NCBI GenBank assembly: GCA_963699755.1
Contig: CAVOVB010000002.1
Location: forward strand, 96,001-160,000
Direction: 5' to 3'
From: an uncultured delta proteobacterium
Lineage (GTDB): Bacteria; Myxococcota_A; Polyangia; Polyangiales; Houyiibacteriaceae
DNA: 64,000 nucleotides
Part shown: positions 29,558 through 39,198 of the stretch, in pieces
Numbering within the stretch: position 1 is the stretch's first letter
Layout: every line of letters begins with the position of its first letter
Translations under genes and position numbers: made by a program
Notes under the pieces: generated by a model
What the model saw: only the letters and a program-made list of their open reading frames with translations
The model's database searches: none
Told to the model about the DNA's origin: nothing

Positions 29558-30291
29558 ACGAAACCTCCATCGACTCGGATGACTTGACCCGTGATGTAGC
29601 CCGCCCGGTCGCTTGCGAGGAAGCCGACCAGCGCCGCAACCTCTTCAGGCTTTCCGATACGGGCCGCGGGAATCATCTGCTTCACGACGAAGTCGGGCAC
29701 TTCTCGAATCATCTCCGTCTCGATGAGCCCGGGTGCGACGCAGTTGACCGTGATCTTTCGTTTCGCCAGCTCGATCGCGAGCGACTTCGTAGCTCCCACG
29801 ATGCCTGCTTTGGCGGCGGCGTAGTTGACCTGGCCGCGGTTTCCCCGAAGGCCCGAGATCGAGGAGAGGCTGATGATCCGTCCCCAACGTTGGCGGACCA
29901 TCGGCATGACGAGCGGATGCGTCACGTTGTAGAAACCGTCGAGCGTGGTGCGCGTCACCTGCGCCCATGCATCCCAGGACATGGCGGGAAACGGAGCATC
30001 GGCGGCGACGCCCGCATTGTTGACCAGGACGCCAATGGGGCGCGTGTCGTCGCCCAGCAGCGCTTCGATCGCGCTGGTCGATGCGTCACGGTCCCGCACG
30101 TCGAAACCGCAAAGGGTCGCTTCGCCACCGGACTCGCGGATCTCCGCTTGCACCGCTTCGGCCGCTGCCCGGTTCGCGCGAAAGTTCAGAATGACAGGAT
30201 GCCCCATCGAAGCCAGCTCTCGAGCGATCGCAGCGCCAATGCCGCGGCTGGCCCCCGTCACAAGAGCGCGTGGCCTCGGCTTCCCCATCAT
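29554..30291 (-). CDS. fabG: 3-oxoacyl-ACP reductase (FabG/ApeQ-like)
   Basis: TGASRGIG, NNAG, GQVNYAAAK; ATGA overlaps at both ends. Confidence 0.92.
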   Translation of the reverse strand: MMGKPRPRALVTGASRGIGAAIARELASMGHPVILNFRANRAAAEAVQAEIRESGGEATLCGFDVRDRDASTSAIEALLGDDTRPIGVLVNNAGVAADAPFPAMSWDAWAQVTRTTLDGFYNVTHPLVMPMVRQRWGRIISLSSISGLRGNRGQVNYAAAKAGIVGATKSLAIELAKRKITVNCVAPGLIETEMIREVPDFVVKQMIPAARIGKPEEVAALVGFLASDRAGYITGQVIRVDGGFV

Positions 30292-30719
30292 GACGCTTCC
30301 CCGAGAAGCTCGGCAGGCAGGCGCTCGAGAATCACCGAAGGAGTCTGCCTCAAGAGCTCTCCCTGGGCGTCGGTCGTTGCGATTTCGGTGTATGCCCGGG
30401 CGCTCTTTCGGCCGTACGTCAGGTTCGTGATCGTGTAGGCCACCCGGATCAGCGGGGTTGCCGCCGTGAACCAGGCCGTGACGCGCAAGTTGTCCCCATA
30501 GCCGAGCGGATACATGTAGCGGCAACGCACGTCGGTCATGTACATTCGGTAGCCCAGGCTGCGAATCTCGAGCACGTCTAGCTTCCGACTTCTCATCAGC
30601 TCTGCCCGAGCCATACCGAAGTACTCGAAGTAGCGCCCGTGCCAAACCACGAACAAGGGATCGCAAAAGTGAAAGGGTACGGTGGCTTCGATGCTGACGG
30701 CGTGCTCGTCGTGCTTCAT
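30288..30719 (-). CDS. Acyl-CoA thioesterase (ApeK-like, hotdog fold)
   Basis: FHFCDPLFVVWHGRYFEYF. Confidence 0.87.
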   Translation of the reverse strand: MKHDEHAVSIEATVPFHFCDPLFVVWHGRYFEYFGMARAELMRSRKLDVLEIRSLGYRMYMTDVRCRYMYPLGYGDNLRVTAWFTAATPLIRVAYTITNLTYGRKSARAYTEIATTDAQGELLRQTPSVILERLPAELLGEAS

Positions 30720-32275
30720 GTGAGCGCGTCCGAACCGTGGGGCAAAGAATGCCCTCGAACAAGCCCGAGCACCGCGGCGATGTCGACGTCCATGCGTCGG
30801 TCGGGCCCCAGTGTAGGAACGACCTCGCGCACGGCGGAGCGCATGGCGGAGGTGCGCTCGGAGAACTTCAAGGCGTCGTCGCGAAGATCGACGGCCTGAC
30901 AGCATGCAAGCGTCATCATCGCCGCCACCTGCTCGGTGATTTCGACGACCCGCGCAAGGTCGCGCGCCGCTAGGGTGGCCATCGGGACCTTATCCTGGTT
31001 GTGCTGCTCCGTGCTGCGACTGAATGCACTAGCCGGAATCGTCATCTTCAGCGCCTCGGCGGCCAAAGCCGATGCGGCAATGGTGACCGCCTTGAAGCCA
31101 TTGTGCGAGCAAGCCTGCGCTTCTTGGACACCGACCAGATTCGCCGGGAGCCCGTCGTTTTCCGCAGGGTTGCAGAGGAGCGTGAGTTGGCGGTCCAGGA
31201 GACAAGCGATGTTCGCCACCGCCACTTTGAGGGTGTCGCACGCGAATCCCACGTGGCCCCCGTAGAAGTTGCCTCCGTGAACCACCCTTCCGGCTTCGAG
31301 GTCGACGAGCGGGTTATCGCTGACGCCGTTGAGCTCCGTTTCGAGTGCGGCCTGACTCCAGCGCAGAGAGTCGAGCGCCACCCCGATGACGTGAGGGGCG
31401 CATCGAATCGAGTACCGGTCCTGGAGACGAGCGCCCGCCCGGGTCCCCGTACCGTCGTAGCCCAGGTCTTCGCGGATCCAGCGCGCTGCCAGGACCTGAC
31501 CGGGGTGCGGCTTCGCGTCGTGCACGAAGGCATCGAAATGGGAAGGATTGCCGTGGACGGCCTCGGAGCACATGGCCGTGAGGCAGGCAGCCAGACGGCT
31601 TAGCTGCCGGGCGCGCGCCCAGCCAAGGCAGGCAATGGCGGTTGCGACACTGGTGCCATTCATCAGCGCCAACACCTCGCGCGGACCAAGGGCCAGCGGA
31701 GCTTCGCCGATCGCCTCGAGCGCCTGGCTGGCCTCGACGACCTCGCCGTCGAATCGAACTTCGCGCTCGCCGACCAGCGCGGCGGCGACGTAGGAAAGCG
31801 GAGTGAGGTCGCCGCTCGCGCCCACCGAACCCTCCGAGGGAATGAGCGGCAGAACTCGATTCTCGAGAAAATCGATGAGGCGCTCGGCGACGACAGGCCG
31901 GACACCACTCTTCCCCTGGGACAAGGAAGACAAGCGCACCGCAAGGGCTGCCGCGGTCTGCTCCTCGCTCAAGAGCTGCCCCGTCCCGCAACCGTGCATG
32001 CGCTGGATGTTGAGCGACAGGTCTCTCGAAAACAACCGAGGTACGTGCGTGCCTACCGATGCACCGACGCTGGTGGTCACGCCGTAAATATTGATCTCGT
32101 CCTCGTGGAGCCGTGCAATCAGATCGGCGCTGGCCTGCATTCGGCTGCGCGCGGCACCACTCAGTTGCGGGACCGCAACCCCCTCCGCGAGGGCGATGAT
32201 ATCGTCGATGCTCAACGCCTCGGCGCCGACCTCGATAGCGAAGCGTGCCTCTCTCGAAGCCTCAGTCGCCGTCAT
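30716..32275 (-). CDS. MIO-dependent aromatic amino acid ammonia-lyase (HAL/PAL/TAL family)
   Basis: IYGVTT, GSVGASGDL (ASG forms MIO), LQDRYSIRC, DNP, GGNFYG, HNQDK. Confidence 0.93.
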   Translation of the reverse strand: MTATEASREARFAIEVGAEALSIDDIIALAEGVAVPQLSGAARSRMQASADLIARLHEDEINIYGVTTSVGASVGTHVPRLFSRDLSLNIQRMHGCGTGQLLSEEQTAAALAVRLSSLSQGKSGVRPVVAERLIDFLENRVLPLIPSEGSVGASGDLTPLSYVAAALVGEREVRFDGEVVEASQALEAIGEAPLALGPREVLALMNGTSVATAIACLGWARARQLSRLAACLTAMCSEAVHGNPSHFDAFVHDAKPHPGQVLAARWIREDLGYDGTGTRAGARLQDRYSIRCAPHVIGVALDSLRWSQAALETELNGVSDNPLVDLEAGRVVHGGNFYGGHVGFACDTLKVAVANIACLLDRQLTLLCNPAENDGLPANLVGVQEAQACSHNGFKAVTIAASALAAEALKMTIPASAFSRSTEQHNQDKVPMATLAARDLARVVEITEQVAAMMTLACCQAVDLRDDALKFSERTSAMRSAVREVVPTLGPDRRMDVDIAAVLGLVRGHSLPHGSDALT

Positions 32276-33167
32276 TGTCTCGTTCGCCCCAGAAGTCATA
32301 GAAATTGAACCAGTTGTCGGGTGCTTTCCGGCAGAATCTCTCCACCGCCTTGGCATATTGCTGAACCATGTGTTGCAAGGCTTGACCCCGCTCGCCGCGG
32401 GGTAGCTCGATGCGCTCCGCAAATGGTTCGCAATAGAGCTCGTAGCGATCTGGTTCGTAATATAGACCGAAAACCAGATAAACGGGGGCCCGAAGTGCCG
32501 CAGCCAAAATGAAAGGCGCAGCGGGAAAAAGGGCAGATTTCCCGAAAAAATCGACGCTGACTGTCTTCTGGTTGAGCCCGATGCGATCTCCGAGGACCGC
32601 GATCATGTGACCTTGCTCGAGGCGGTCTCGGATGGCGAGCGCAAAGGCGACCGGATCGTCGCCGACGTGAACCACGCTGTCGGCCATCTTCGGATCGATC
32701 TCGGACAGGAGCGCGTTGATCATTCGGGCATTCTCGAAGTGTCCGACGATGCTCACCGGAAAGGACTCCTCGTCCGCGCTGACTCGCATCGCCTCGAAGC
32801 TGCCGAGGTGCGCACCCAGAAGAATCGCGCCTCGCCGTTCCCGGGCGAGCTCGATTAGATGCTCGTTGCCGGTGCGAGTGATCTTGAACATCTTGGTCTT
32901 GCCCTCGAGCAGGAAGATCCGATCGAGCGCCACCTGGGCGAAGATCGAGATGTGATGATAGACGTCGAGCCAGCCAACGGGACGAGCGTACACCCTCTCG
33001 AGCCAGGCCCACGACGCGCGCTTCGCGTTCTGGTCGAACGCCGCATAGAACAGCGCGACCAAGCGGACGAACTGCCGCGCCGGCCAGCGGCCGAATAGCG
33101 TCGCGAGCCAGAACACGAATCGAATGCCGAGCACGGCGCCGCGCTCCCGTTGGCTGAGCCAGGTCAC
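32262..33167 (-). CDS. LpxL/LpxP-type acyltransferase (C-terminal half of ApeJ-like)
   Basis: WLSQRERG, GAHLGSFEAMR, LGDR, WFNFYDFW; GTGA overlap. Confidence 0.87.
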   Translation of the reverse strand: MTWLSQRERGAVLGIRFVFWLATLFGRWPARQFVRLVALFYAAFDQNAKRASWAWLERVYARPVGWLDVYHHISIFAQVALDRIFLLEGKTKMFKITRTGNEHLIELARERRGAILLGAHLGSFEAMRVSADEESFPVSIVGHFENARMINALLSEIDPKMADSVVHVGDDPVAFALAIRDRLEQGHMIAVLGDRIGLNQKTVSVDFFGKSALFPAAPFILAAALRAPVYLVFGLYYEPDRYELYCEPFAERIELPRGERGQALQHMVQQYAKAVERFCRKAPDNWFNFYDFWGERDNDGD

Positions 33168-33925
33168 GGCCCGAGCCTCAGCCGCCGTGTGAACCAGCGC
33201 CAAAGCCCGGCAACGCAGAGCCTCGTGTGCAGCCACGACAAACGCAAATTGTCGCCAAACGCCCTAAAGTGAGACGTCCCGCCTTCCTCTTGGCTCAGGT
33301 AGCGAACCCCGACGGGCAGGTTGATGACCGGAACGGCGGCGCGAGCCATGCGCACGGCGATCTCGACGTCGAAATCCATTCGATTCCCGCGAACCGGAAC
33401 CTCCATCGCCGCCACAAGCGGGTAGACCCGAAAGCCCACCATGGCGTCTCTGACGATGTCCGCCGAGCCGAGCTCGAGGCTCACCCAGAACTGGGTGATT
33501 CGCCGCGCGAGGAGACGCCCCTTGGGTGCGCTGGTATCGTAGATTGGATAGCCGAGGAGAAGTGCGTCGGGACGCGCCCGTGCCTGGTCTAGGAATGCTG
33601 GAATGCGCCCTAGGTCATGTTGCCCGTCCGCATCGACCTGGAGCGCGTGGCTGAATCCGAGCTCTCTTGCGACTTCGAACCCGGCCTTCACTGCGGCTCC
33701 CTTGCCACCATTGCTCTTGCGCCTGGTGACATGGGCCAAGCCTTCCTCGGCGATCGCCGCACAGGCGAGCCGGCCCAGATCGTCGCTGCCATCATCGATG
33801 ACGATGACATCCGGACAGTGCTGACGGGCGCGGGTGACGACGTCGTGGATGGTCACCGGATTGTCGTACGTTGGCACGATCACGCAGGGGCGAAATCTTT
33901 CTGGCACATCCCCGGTCACGTGCAT
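33164..33925 (-). CDS. Glycosyltransferase family 2 (N-terminal half of ApeJ-like)
   Basis: VPTYDN, DDGS, GKGAA, DADGQH, GFRVYPL; alternative start 33919. Confidence 0.9.
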   Translation of the reverse strand: MHVTGDVPERFRPCVIVPTYDNPVTIHDVVTRARQHCPDVIVIDDGSDDLGRLACAAIAEEGLAHVTRRKSNGGKGAAVKAGFEVARELGFSHALQVDADGQHDLGRIPAFLDQARARPDALLLGYPIYDTSAPKGRLLARRITQFWVSLELGSADIVRDAMVGFRVYPLVAAMEVPVRGNRMDFDVEIAVRMARAAVPVINLPVGVRYLSQEEGGTSHFRAFGDNLRLSWLHTRLCVAGLWRWFTRRLRLGP

Positions 33926-35625
33926 TCCTCTTCAAAGACGATGCGCCCCCCGGAGCAAACCTTGTCTCCGCGGCTCAAGGTGAAGTCGACTGCCGGTTTG
34001 CCTAGGGTCCAACTCAACGTCAGCTCGAGTTGGTCGTCTGGGACGATGCGACCGAGGAACTTGAGCCTGCGAACCGCTCGAACCGCTCCGAGGTCGGGGC
34101 GAAGCGCCCGTACGCGCGGCAGCACGAGGTCGTGGAGTTGGAAGGCTGCAGCCAAGATCGGATAACCGGGGAAGTGCCCTTCGAAAGCGCCATAGGTATC
34201 CGGGACATGAACGGACACACGCTGCGAGACCCTGCCCTCGTCGACGCTCTCGACCACCTCACCCCAGTCGAGGTCCCAGCGGATCGGCTTGTCCTCCGCG
34301 TTGAGCCCAAAGAGCTGCAAAATGCGGCGGCGTGGGAGCTTGCCGTTGTCTTCGCGCGGAAGACGATCGGTCAACAAGATGCGACGCGGAAGCGCGGAGG
34401 CCTGGAAGCTCAGAGCCATGGCCTCTCGCAAGCGCCGTGCAGTCCAGTTTGGCGCGACGACCGCAGCGAGCAACTGCACATCGCGGAGGCCCTCGGTCCG
34501 GACAGCAACCAGTGCGGCATCGTCCACACCCTGCTGTTCGTAGAGCCATTGCTCCATCGCCGGGAGGGAGACGCGTTGACCGCCGATCTTGACGATGCCG
34601 TCCGCCCGACCGAGGTGCAACAAGCTCCCATCAGGCTGCAGTTTCGCGAGGTCGGCGGTGCGAACCGGCGCATCCCCAGCTACAAACGGCGAGCGAACCC
34701 AGAGGATCCCGTCTTGGTCGACATCGATCTCGACCTCGGGAAGAGGCTGCCACGCTTCCATGGGTGGGCGCTCGCGCCATGCGATACCACCGGTTTCAGT
34801 CGAGCCGAGGATCTCCGTCACCGGCATTTGATGCACGCTGAAAAACGCTTGCGCAGTCTTGGCCCGGAGCGGGGCGGTGGAACAAAACACCCGCCTCAGA
34901 GACGCAAGGGATTCCGCGTCGACGTTGCTGAGCCCACTGAGGTGCGCCGGCACGGTGACCAAGCTGCGCGCGCGGTAGGCCTTGACCTTGCTGGCGATCG
35001 CCTCCGCGTGAAATGGCGTCTCGCGGATGAAGGCGCCGCCGCTGACCAGTGGCACGAGCACCGAAAAGAGCAATCCGTAGATATGGGAGGGCTGCGCGCT
35101 GGCGACCAGTCGCTCTCCGGGAGCCGCGCCGAACGCCTCTGCCAAGACCACGGCTTCCGTCATAAGCTGGGCCTCGCTCTTGGGGCAAGGGGTCATCGCG
35201 CTCTCGGTGCCGGAGGTAAAAACGGTGGCGACCGTCGCGCGAGTAGGCACCGTCACCGCGGCCAAGCCCTGCCCTCGAGGTCGAGCCGACGCAAACGGCT
35301 CGATGCGGATGGGCCTTCCCGCGTCCGTATCGTGCAGCATCGCAACCACGTCGGGGCGACCGAGGACGCTCAGCACCGAGTCCCGGCTGGTGTTCGGCGG
35401 CAGGGCGACGCCGTGCCCCGCAGCCCATGCGCCCAGAAGCGAGGTCGCAAAGGCGTAGCGGTCATTCTTGAAAACAAGCAGGACCTGCGAACCCTCTGTC
35501 GGTGGAGGGAGCTCGGCGACGAGCATGGCTGCGTCCGCAAGCAAGTCCGCGGCGCTTCGCTCCCCGCCCCGGCCGAACGCAACCAAGTCGGTCGCCGCAT
35601 GCCGCCCGAGCAATGGAGCGTTCAT
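33916..35625 (-). CDS. AMP-binding acyl-ACP ligase fused to an ApeI-like dehydratase
   Basis: FTSGT, HIYGLLF, GSTETGGIA, GRADGIVKIGG, NGK; C-terminal FEGHFPGYPIL..LKF hotdog domain. Confidence 0.87.
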   Translation of the reverse strand: MNAPLLGRHAATDLVAFGRGGERSAADLLADAAMLVAELPPPTEGSQVLLVFKNDRYAFATSLLGAWAAGHGVALPPNTSRDSVLSVLGRPDVVAMLHDTDAGRPIRIEPFASARPRGQGLAAVTVPTRATVATVFTSGTESAMTPCPKSEAQLMTEAVVLAEAFGAAPGERLVASAQPSHIYGLLFSVLVPLVSGGAFIRETPFHAEAIASKVKAYRARSLVTVPAHLSGLSNVDAESLASLRRVFCSTAPLRAKTAQAFFSVHQMPVTEILGSTETGGIAWRERPPMEAWQPLPEVEIDVDQDGILWVRSPFVAGDAPVRTADLAKLQPDGSLLHLGRADGIVKIGGQRVSLPAMEQWLYEQQGVDDAALVAVRTEGLRDVQLLAAVVAPNWTARRLREAMALSFQASALPRRILLTDRLPREDNGKLPRRRILQLFGLNAEDKPIRWDLDWGEVVESVDEGRVSQRVSVHVPDTYGAFEGHFPGYPILAAAFQLHDLVLPRVRALRPDLGAVRAVRRLKFLGRIVPDDQLELTLSWTLGKPAVDFTLSRGDKVCSGGRIVFEEECT

Positions 35626-36236
35626 CGACCATTCTCTCCGGAAGAAGCCGATTCCCGCAGCGCCTCGTCACGAACGCCACCAAACTTCAAGTGGCGAAGC
35701 AGGAGCTCGACGGCAAACAAGAGACCGATCAGGCCGTAGGCGATCAGACCGTTGTAGAGCGTCCACCATTGCAGAGGTGCGAGAAGGGCGAGGGCAGCAG
35801 CGACGGCGGCATTGAGCGCGAAGAAGCCGCACCAAATCCAGGTCCAGTTCCGACACCAGCTCGCCTTGGCATCCGACAGCTCAGGCTCCTGCAGGCGCGC
35901 GAAGCGCTCGATCATCGGTGGACCCCAGTGAAGCGTCGGTCCAAAGGTGGCGAGCAAGCCGAGGTTCACGAAAACCGGCACAGCCAAGATGAAGCCCGCC
36001 GCATCGAGGGCTGCACTCAACGAGAGAAGCCCAACCGTAACCAAGGGTACGAAGGCAATCGCTCGAACCTCCGAAGCTCCATACCTCTTGAGACGCGCGA
36101 TCGCCGCCGGCGCAATCAAGACCAGAAGCACGAGCGCGGCGGCTCGGGGGTCCCAGCGGCTCAGGCCCACGTAGACAGCGAACGGGTACAGTAGCAATGC
36201 GAGCGCGGCGACGATCTGGACAGTCCTTCCAAACAT
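35622..36236 (-). CDS. COG4648 family membrane protein (ApeG-like)
   Basis: YPFAVY, PMIERFAR, WCGFF, WWTLYNGLIAY. Confidence 0.87.
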   Translation of the reverse strand: MFGRTVQIVAALALLLYPFAVYVGLSRWDPRAAALVLLVLIAPAAIARLKRYGASEVRAIAFVPLVTVGLLSLSAALDAAGFILAVPVFVNLGLLATFGPTLHWGPPMIERFARLQEPELSDAKASWCRNWTWIWCGFFALNAAVAAALALLAPLQWWTLYNGLIAYGLIGLLFAVELLLRHLKFGGVRDEALRESASSGENGR

Positions 36237-36245
36237 CGCGTGGGG

Positions 36246-36554
36246 TCACTGCGCTTTCGACTGCTGCTCCTCGCCGATCGCCGGGGCGCTTGGATTCGCT
36301 TGCTCCGCCCGGATGAAATCCGACAAGCTCTTCACGGAGAAGAAGATTTCGCGGTTGCGCTCGTCCTCGGCCGAGGTGCGAACCCCAAACTCCTTGTGGA
36401 CGGCCAACGCGAGCTCGAGCGCATCGATTGAATCCAAGCCCAGGCCCTCGACGAAAAGCGGCGCCTCATCCTCGATTTCCTCGGGAACGACGTCGTCCAA
36501 CATCAACGCTTCAACGATGAGCCGCTTGAGCCGACTCTCGATTGATTCCAGCAT
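36246..36554 (-). CDS. Acyl carrier protein (ApeE-like)
   Basis: PLFVEGLGLDSIDALEL phosphopantetheine attachment site. Confidence 0.93.
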   Translation of the reverse strand: MLESIESRLKRLIVEALMLDDVVPEEIEDEAPLFVEGLGLDSIDALELALAVHKEFGVRTSAEDERNREIFFSVKSLSDFIRAEQANPSAPAIGEEQQSKAQ

Positions 36555-37335
36555 TGTACCCTTCTAACTCCCTGGCCGAATCCACCTTCAGACGCGCATG
36601 AAACGTGCTCTCTACCACATCCTTAAGTGCCCGGCTAGAGCCCTCAAGCTCGCTCGGATAGATCGGAGACAAGGCCTGGAGACGCAGCTGCGTGGGGCCC
36701 TTGGGCATGGCGAAAAGCCGACAATTTTTCGACAGCCAGGGGTGCTTCCAGTGCAAGAGCACCGGCACGACGGGAACGTCGGCGCGACATGCGATCTCAA
36801 AGGCGGTCCGTCCGAAGGGTAGCAGTTGATCGTCAGGCGCGCGGGTGCCCTCGGGAAACAGAAGGAACCTGGTCCCGCGCCGGGCGCTCCTCGCCGCGGC
36901 ATCGAGCATATTCCCCAGGTCCAAGGGATTGATCGATGCCCCTTCGATGAACCCTGCGCTCTCGATCAATGGTCGCAACCACCACATGCGGTAGATCTGC
37001 GGCTTCACTGCGGCCGTCATCGGTCCGAAGGACGCCATGATCGAGGTGATGTCGGTGAGGGTTCGATGATTCGCGACCACGATGCAAGGGCCCTCAGGAA
37101 GAGCGCCTTCGACTTCCCTCGGATTGAAGTCGATGATGCGAATCACCCGCAGCCAGTCGTGCATGGTGCGGAACCCCCAGCAGACAATCCCTTGCAGGCG
37201 TGTCGCACGGGCGTCGGGATCGCGCGTGGGAAGCAAGCTCAGCAAGGTCAGGACGGCATAGCCTACGGGCGCCAGCACGATGAAGTAGACCGCCAGCGAC
37301 ACGATGACCAGGAGAAATCGCCAGGCTCTGCGCAA
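36511..37335 (-). CDS. Lysophospholipid acyltransferase (PlsC/ApeD-like)
   Basis: VANHRTLTD (HX4D), FPEGTR. Confidence 0.88.
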   Translation of the reverse strand: MRRAWRFLLVIVSLAVYFIVLAPVGYAVLTLLSLLPTRDPDARATRLQGIVCWGFRTMHDWLRVIRIIDFNPREVEGALPEGPCIVVANHRTLTDITSIMASFGPMTAAVKPQIYRMWWLRPLIESAGFIEGASINPLDLGNMLDAAARSARRGTRFLLFPEGTRAPDDQLLPFGRTAFEIACRADVPVVPVLLHWKHPWLSKNCRLFAMPKGPTQLRLQALSPIYPSELEGSSRALKDVVESTFHARLKVDSARELEGYNAGINRESAQAAHR

Positions 37336-37341
37336 GGCGAG

Positions 37342-37370
37342 AAACTATCATCGAGCCATACCCTCGTCAA
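37342..37370 (-). promoter_or_regulatory. Sigma70-type promoter for the ape-like operon
   Basis: Minus strand TTGACG (37370-37365), 17 nt spacer, TAGTTT (37347-37342) with extended TGn. Confidence 0.55.
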
Positions 37371-37425
37371 CGCCGCGGCTAGCGTGTATAGAGCAGAACC
37401 AAACGCTTTGTTGGAGAGGCGGAGG

Positions 37426-39198
37426 ATGCAAACCTCGTTCGATGTGTTGATCTGCGGTGCCGGCATGGCCGGCCTTACGCTGGCACGCCAGTTGCGCCGC
37501 GAGCACTCGGAGCTGAGCATCGCAGCCGTCGACAGAACGAGCCGCCCACTTCCGGAAGCTGCGCACAAGGTCGGCGAGTCGAGCGTGGAGCTCGGCTCTC
37601 AGTACCTGGAGCGTCTAGGCCTCCGCGAATACCTGGAGAAAAATCATCTTCTCAAGTTTGGGCTTCGTTTCTACCCGGGCGGGGGGCATTTGCCGCTCGA
37701 GGAACGAACTGAAATCGGTCCATCTTCGGAGCCCATCGTTCAGTCGTACCAGATCGATCGGGGGATCTTCGAGTCCGACCTGCGCGCCATGTTGGTCGAA
37801 GACGGCGTCACCCTCTTCGAGGGCCACACCGTCACCGAAGTGGAGCTGGGCGTCGGCGAACAAGAGCATCGGGTTCAGGTGCTGGGTCCTTCCGGGAATA
37901 TTGGGTTGCAGGCACGTTGGCTCATCGACGCAACGGGGCGCGCGGCATTCCTTCGCCGCAAGATGAAGCTGACGCGCCGCACGGGCCATTCATCATCGTC
38001 GGGATGGTTTCGAGTAAAGGGCAAGCTCGACGTCAACGAGCTCGTCCCCGACGACGTTCGCAACTGGCACGATAAGGCCTTTGCCTCCGAGCGATGGCGC
38101 TCGACCAACCACCTGATGGGCGATGGCTACTGGGTCTGGATCATCCCGCTGTCGTCGGGCAACACCAGTGTCGGCGTCGTCGCACACTCGGAGTACCACG
38201 ACTTCAAGCGGGTTCAGACCTTGGATCGGCTCCGCGATTTCATCGCGGAGCACGAGCCTGTGCTCGCCAAGCATTTGGCCGAGCGCGAGGTGCTCGATTT
38301 CCTCTGCATTCGTGACTACAGCCACACGCTCGGCCGCTGCTGGTCGGTGGACCGCTGGGGCATCGTCGGCGAAGCTGGCGCATTCGTCGACCCCCTCTAC
38401 AGTCCGGGCAACGACTTCATCGCGCTCGCAAACTCGTTCACCGAAGAGCTCATTCGGGTCGACTTGGCCGGAGAAGACCTCGAAACGCGCACTCGAGAGC
38501 TCAACATCCAGTATCGCGTGCTCGTCGCCGGCGCGCTTGACATCTTTCGAGACGCAGCTCCCATCTACGGGCACGCGCCCGCCATGTTGGCAAAGGTCTA
38601 CTGGGACAATTTCTCGTATTGGACGTTCCTCTGTCAGTACTTCCTGCGCGAGATCTACAGGCTCAGCGGTGCCAAGCACACGGTACAGGTCGAAGCCGGC
38701 CAGCGTATCTTCGAGATCTCCAACTACGTCCAGTTGCTTCTGCGTCAGTGGGCGCTGGTCGCACCGTGCGAGCCCGAGGCTCGTTTCGAGGACGTGCCAG
38801 CCTTTCCATCCATCCTGGTCGATACGCACGTGGCGCTCCAGGACGACATGACGCCAGACGAAACTCTCGCATACGTTCGCAAACGAGCGCGGGAGGCGGA
38901 GGAAATCGCAGGAGAGCTCCTGGTCAAGGTCGTCTCTCAACTCGGCGAGCCCAAAGCACGCGAGCTCGTGTCCAGGCTCGGCCTCGATCGCTGGACGCTC
39001 CGCATCAGGGCGGGTCGCATTCGAGCCGAAAAAGAAAAGGGCCTGGCCCGTCGCCGCGCCTTGTCATCCGTCGCCAGGGATGTCGAACGCGCTCTGGGGC
39101 GCACCCCGGCGAGGACCGATGAAGCGATGATGTTCGAGCTTCTAGGGCCCGTGCTTGCCGAGACCGAATCGGAATCCCTTCTGCGAGCCGGAGTGTGA
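37426..39198 (+). CDS. Flavin-dependent halogenase
   Basis: GAGMAG, KVGESSVE, KFGLRF (candidate catalytic Lys), WVWIIP, FVDPLYSPG; GGAGG SD. Confidence 0.87.
   Translation: MQTSFDVLICGAGMAGLTLARQLRREHSELSIAAVDRTSRPLPEAAHKVGESSVELGSQYLERLGLREYLEKNHLLKFGLRFYPGGGHLPLEERTEIGPSSEPIVQSYQIDRGIFESDLRAMLVEDGVTLFEGHTVTEVELGVGEQEHRVQVLGPSGNIGLQARWLIDATGRAAFLRRKMKLTRRTGHSSSSGWFRVKGKLDVNELVPDDVRNWHDKAFASERWRSTNHLMGDGYWVWIIPLSSGNTSVGVVAHSEYHDFKRVQTLDRLRDFIAEHEPVLAKHLAEREVLDFLCIRDYSHTLGRCWSVDRWGIVGEAGAFVDPLYSPGNDFIALANSFTEELIRVDLAGEDLETRTRELNIQYRVLVAGALDIFRDAAPIYGHAPAMLAKVYWDNFSYWTFLCQYFLREIYRLSGAKHTVQVEAGQRIFEISNYVQLLLRQWALVAPCEPEARFEDVPAFPSILVDTHVALQDDMTPDETLAYVRKRAREAEEIAGELLVKVVSQLGEPKARELVSRLGLDRWTLRIRAGRIRAEKEKGLARRRALSSVARDVERALGRTPARTDEAMMFELLGPVLAETESESLLRAGV

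Noticed and set aside
30716..32275. Calling the lyase hutH (histidine utilisation)
   Set aside because: No hutUIG nearby, no Ser-His signature, and it is embedded in a PKS operon
34030..35739. 569-aa + strand ORF, and similar long antisense ORFs such as 7921-9258, 24661-25725, 48992-50026 and 60636-61697
   Set aside because: Antisense shadows of well-supported genes; expected with high-GC codon bias and lacking recognisable motifs
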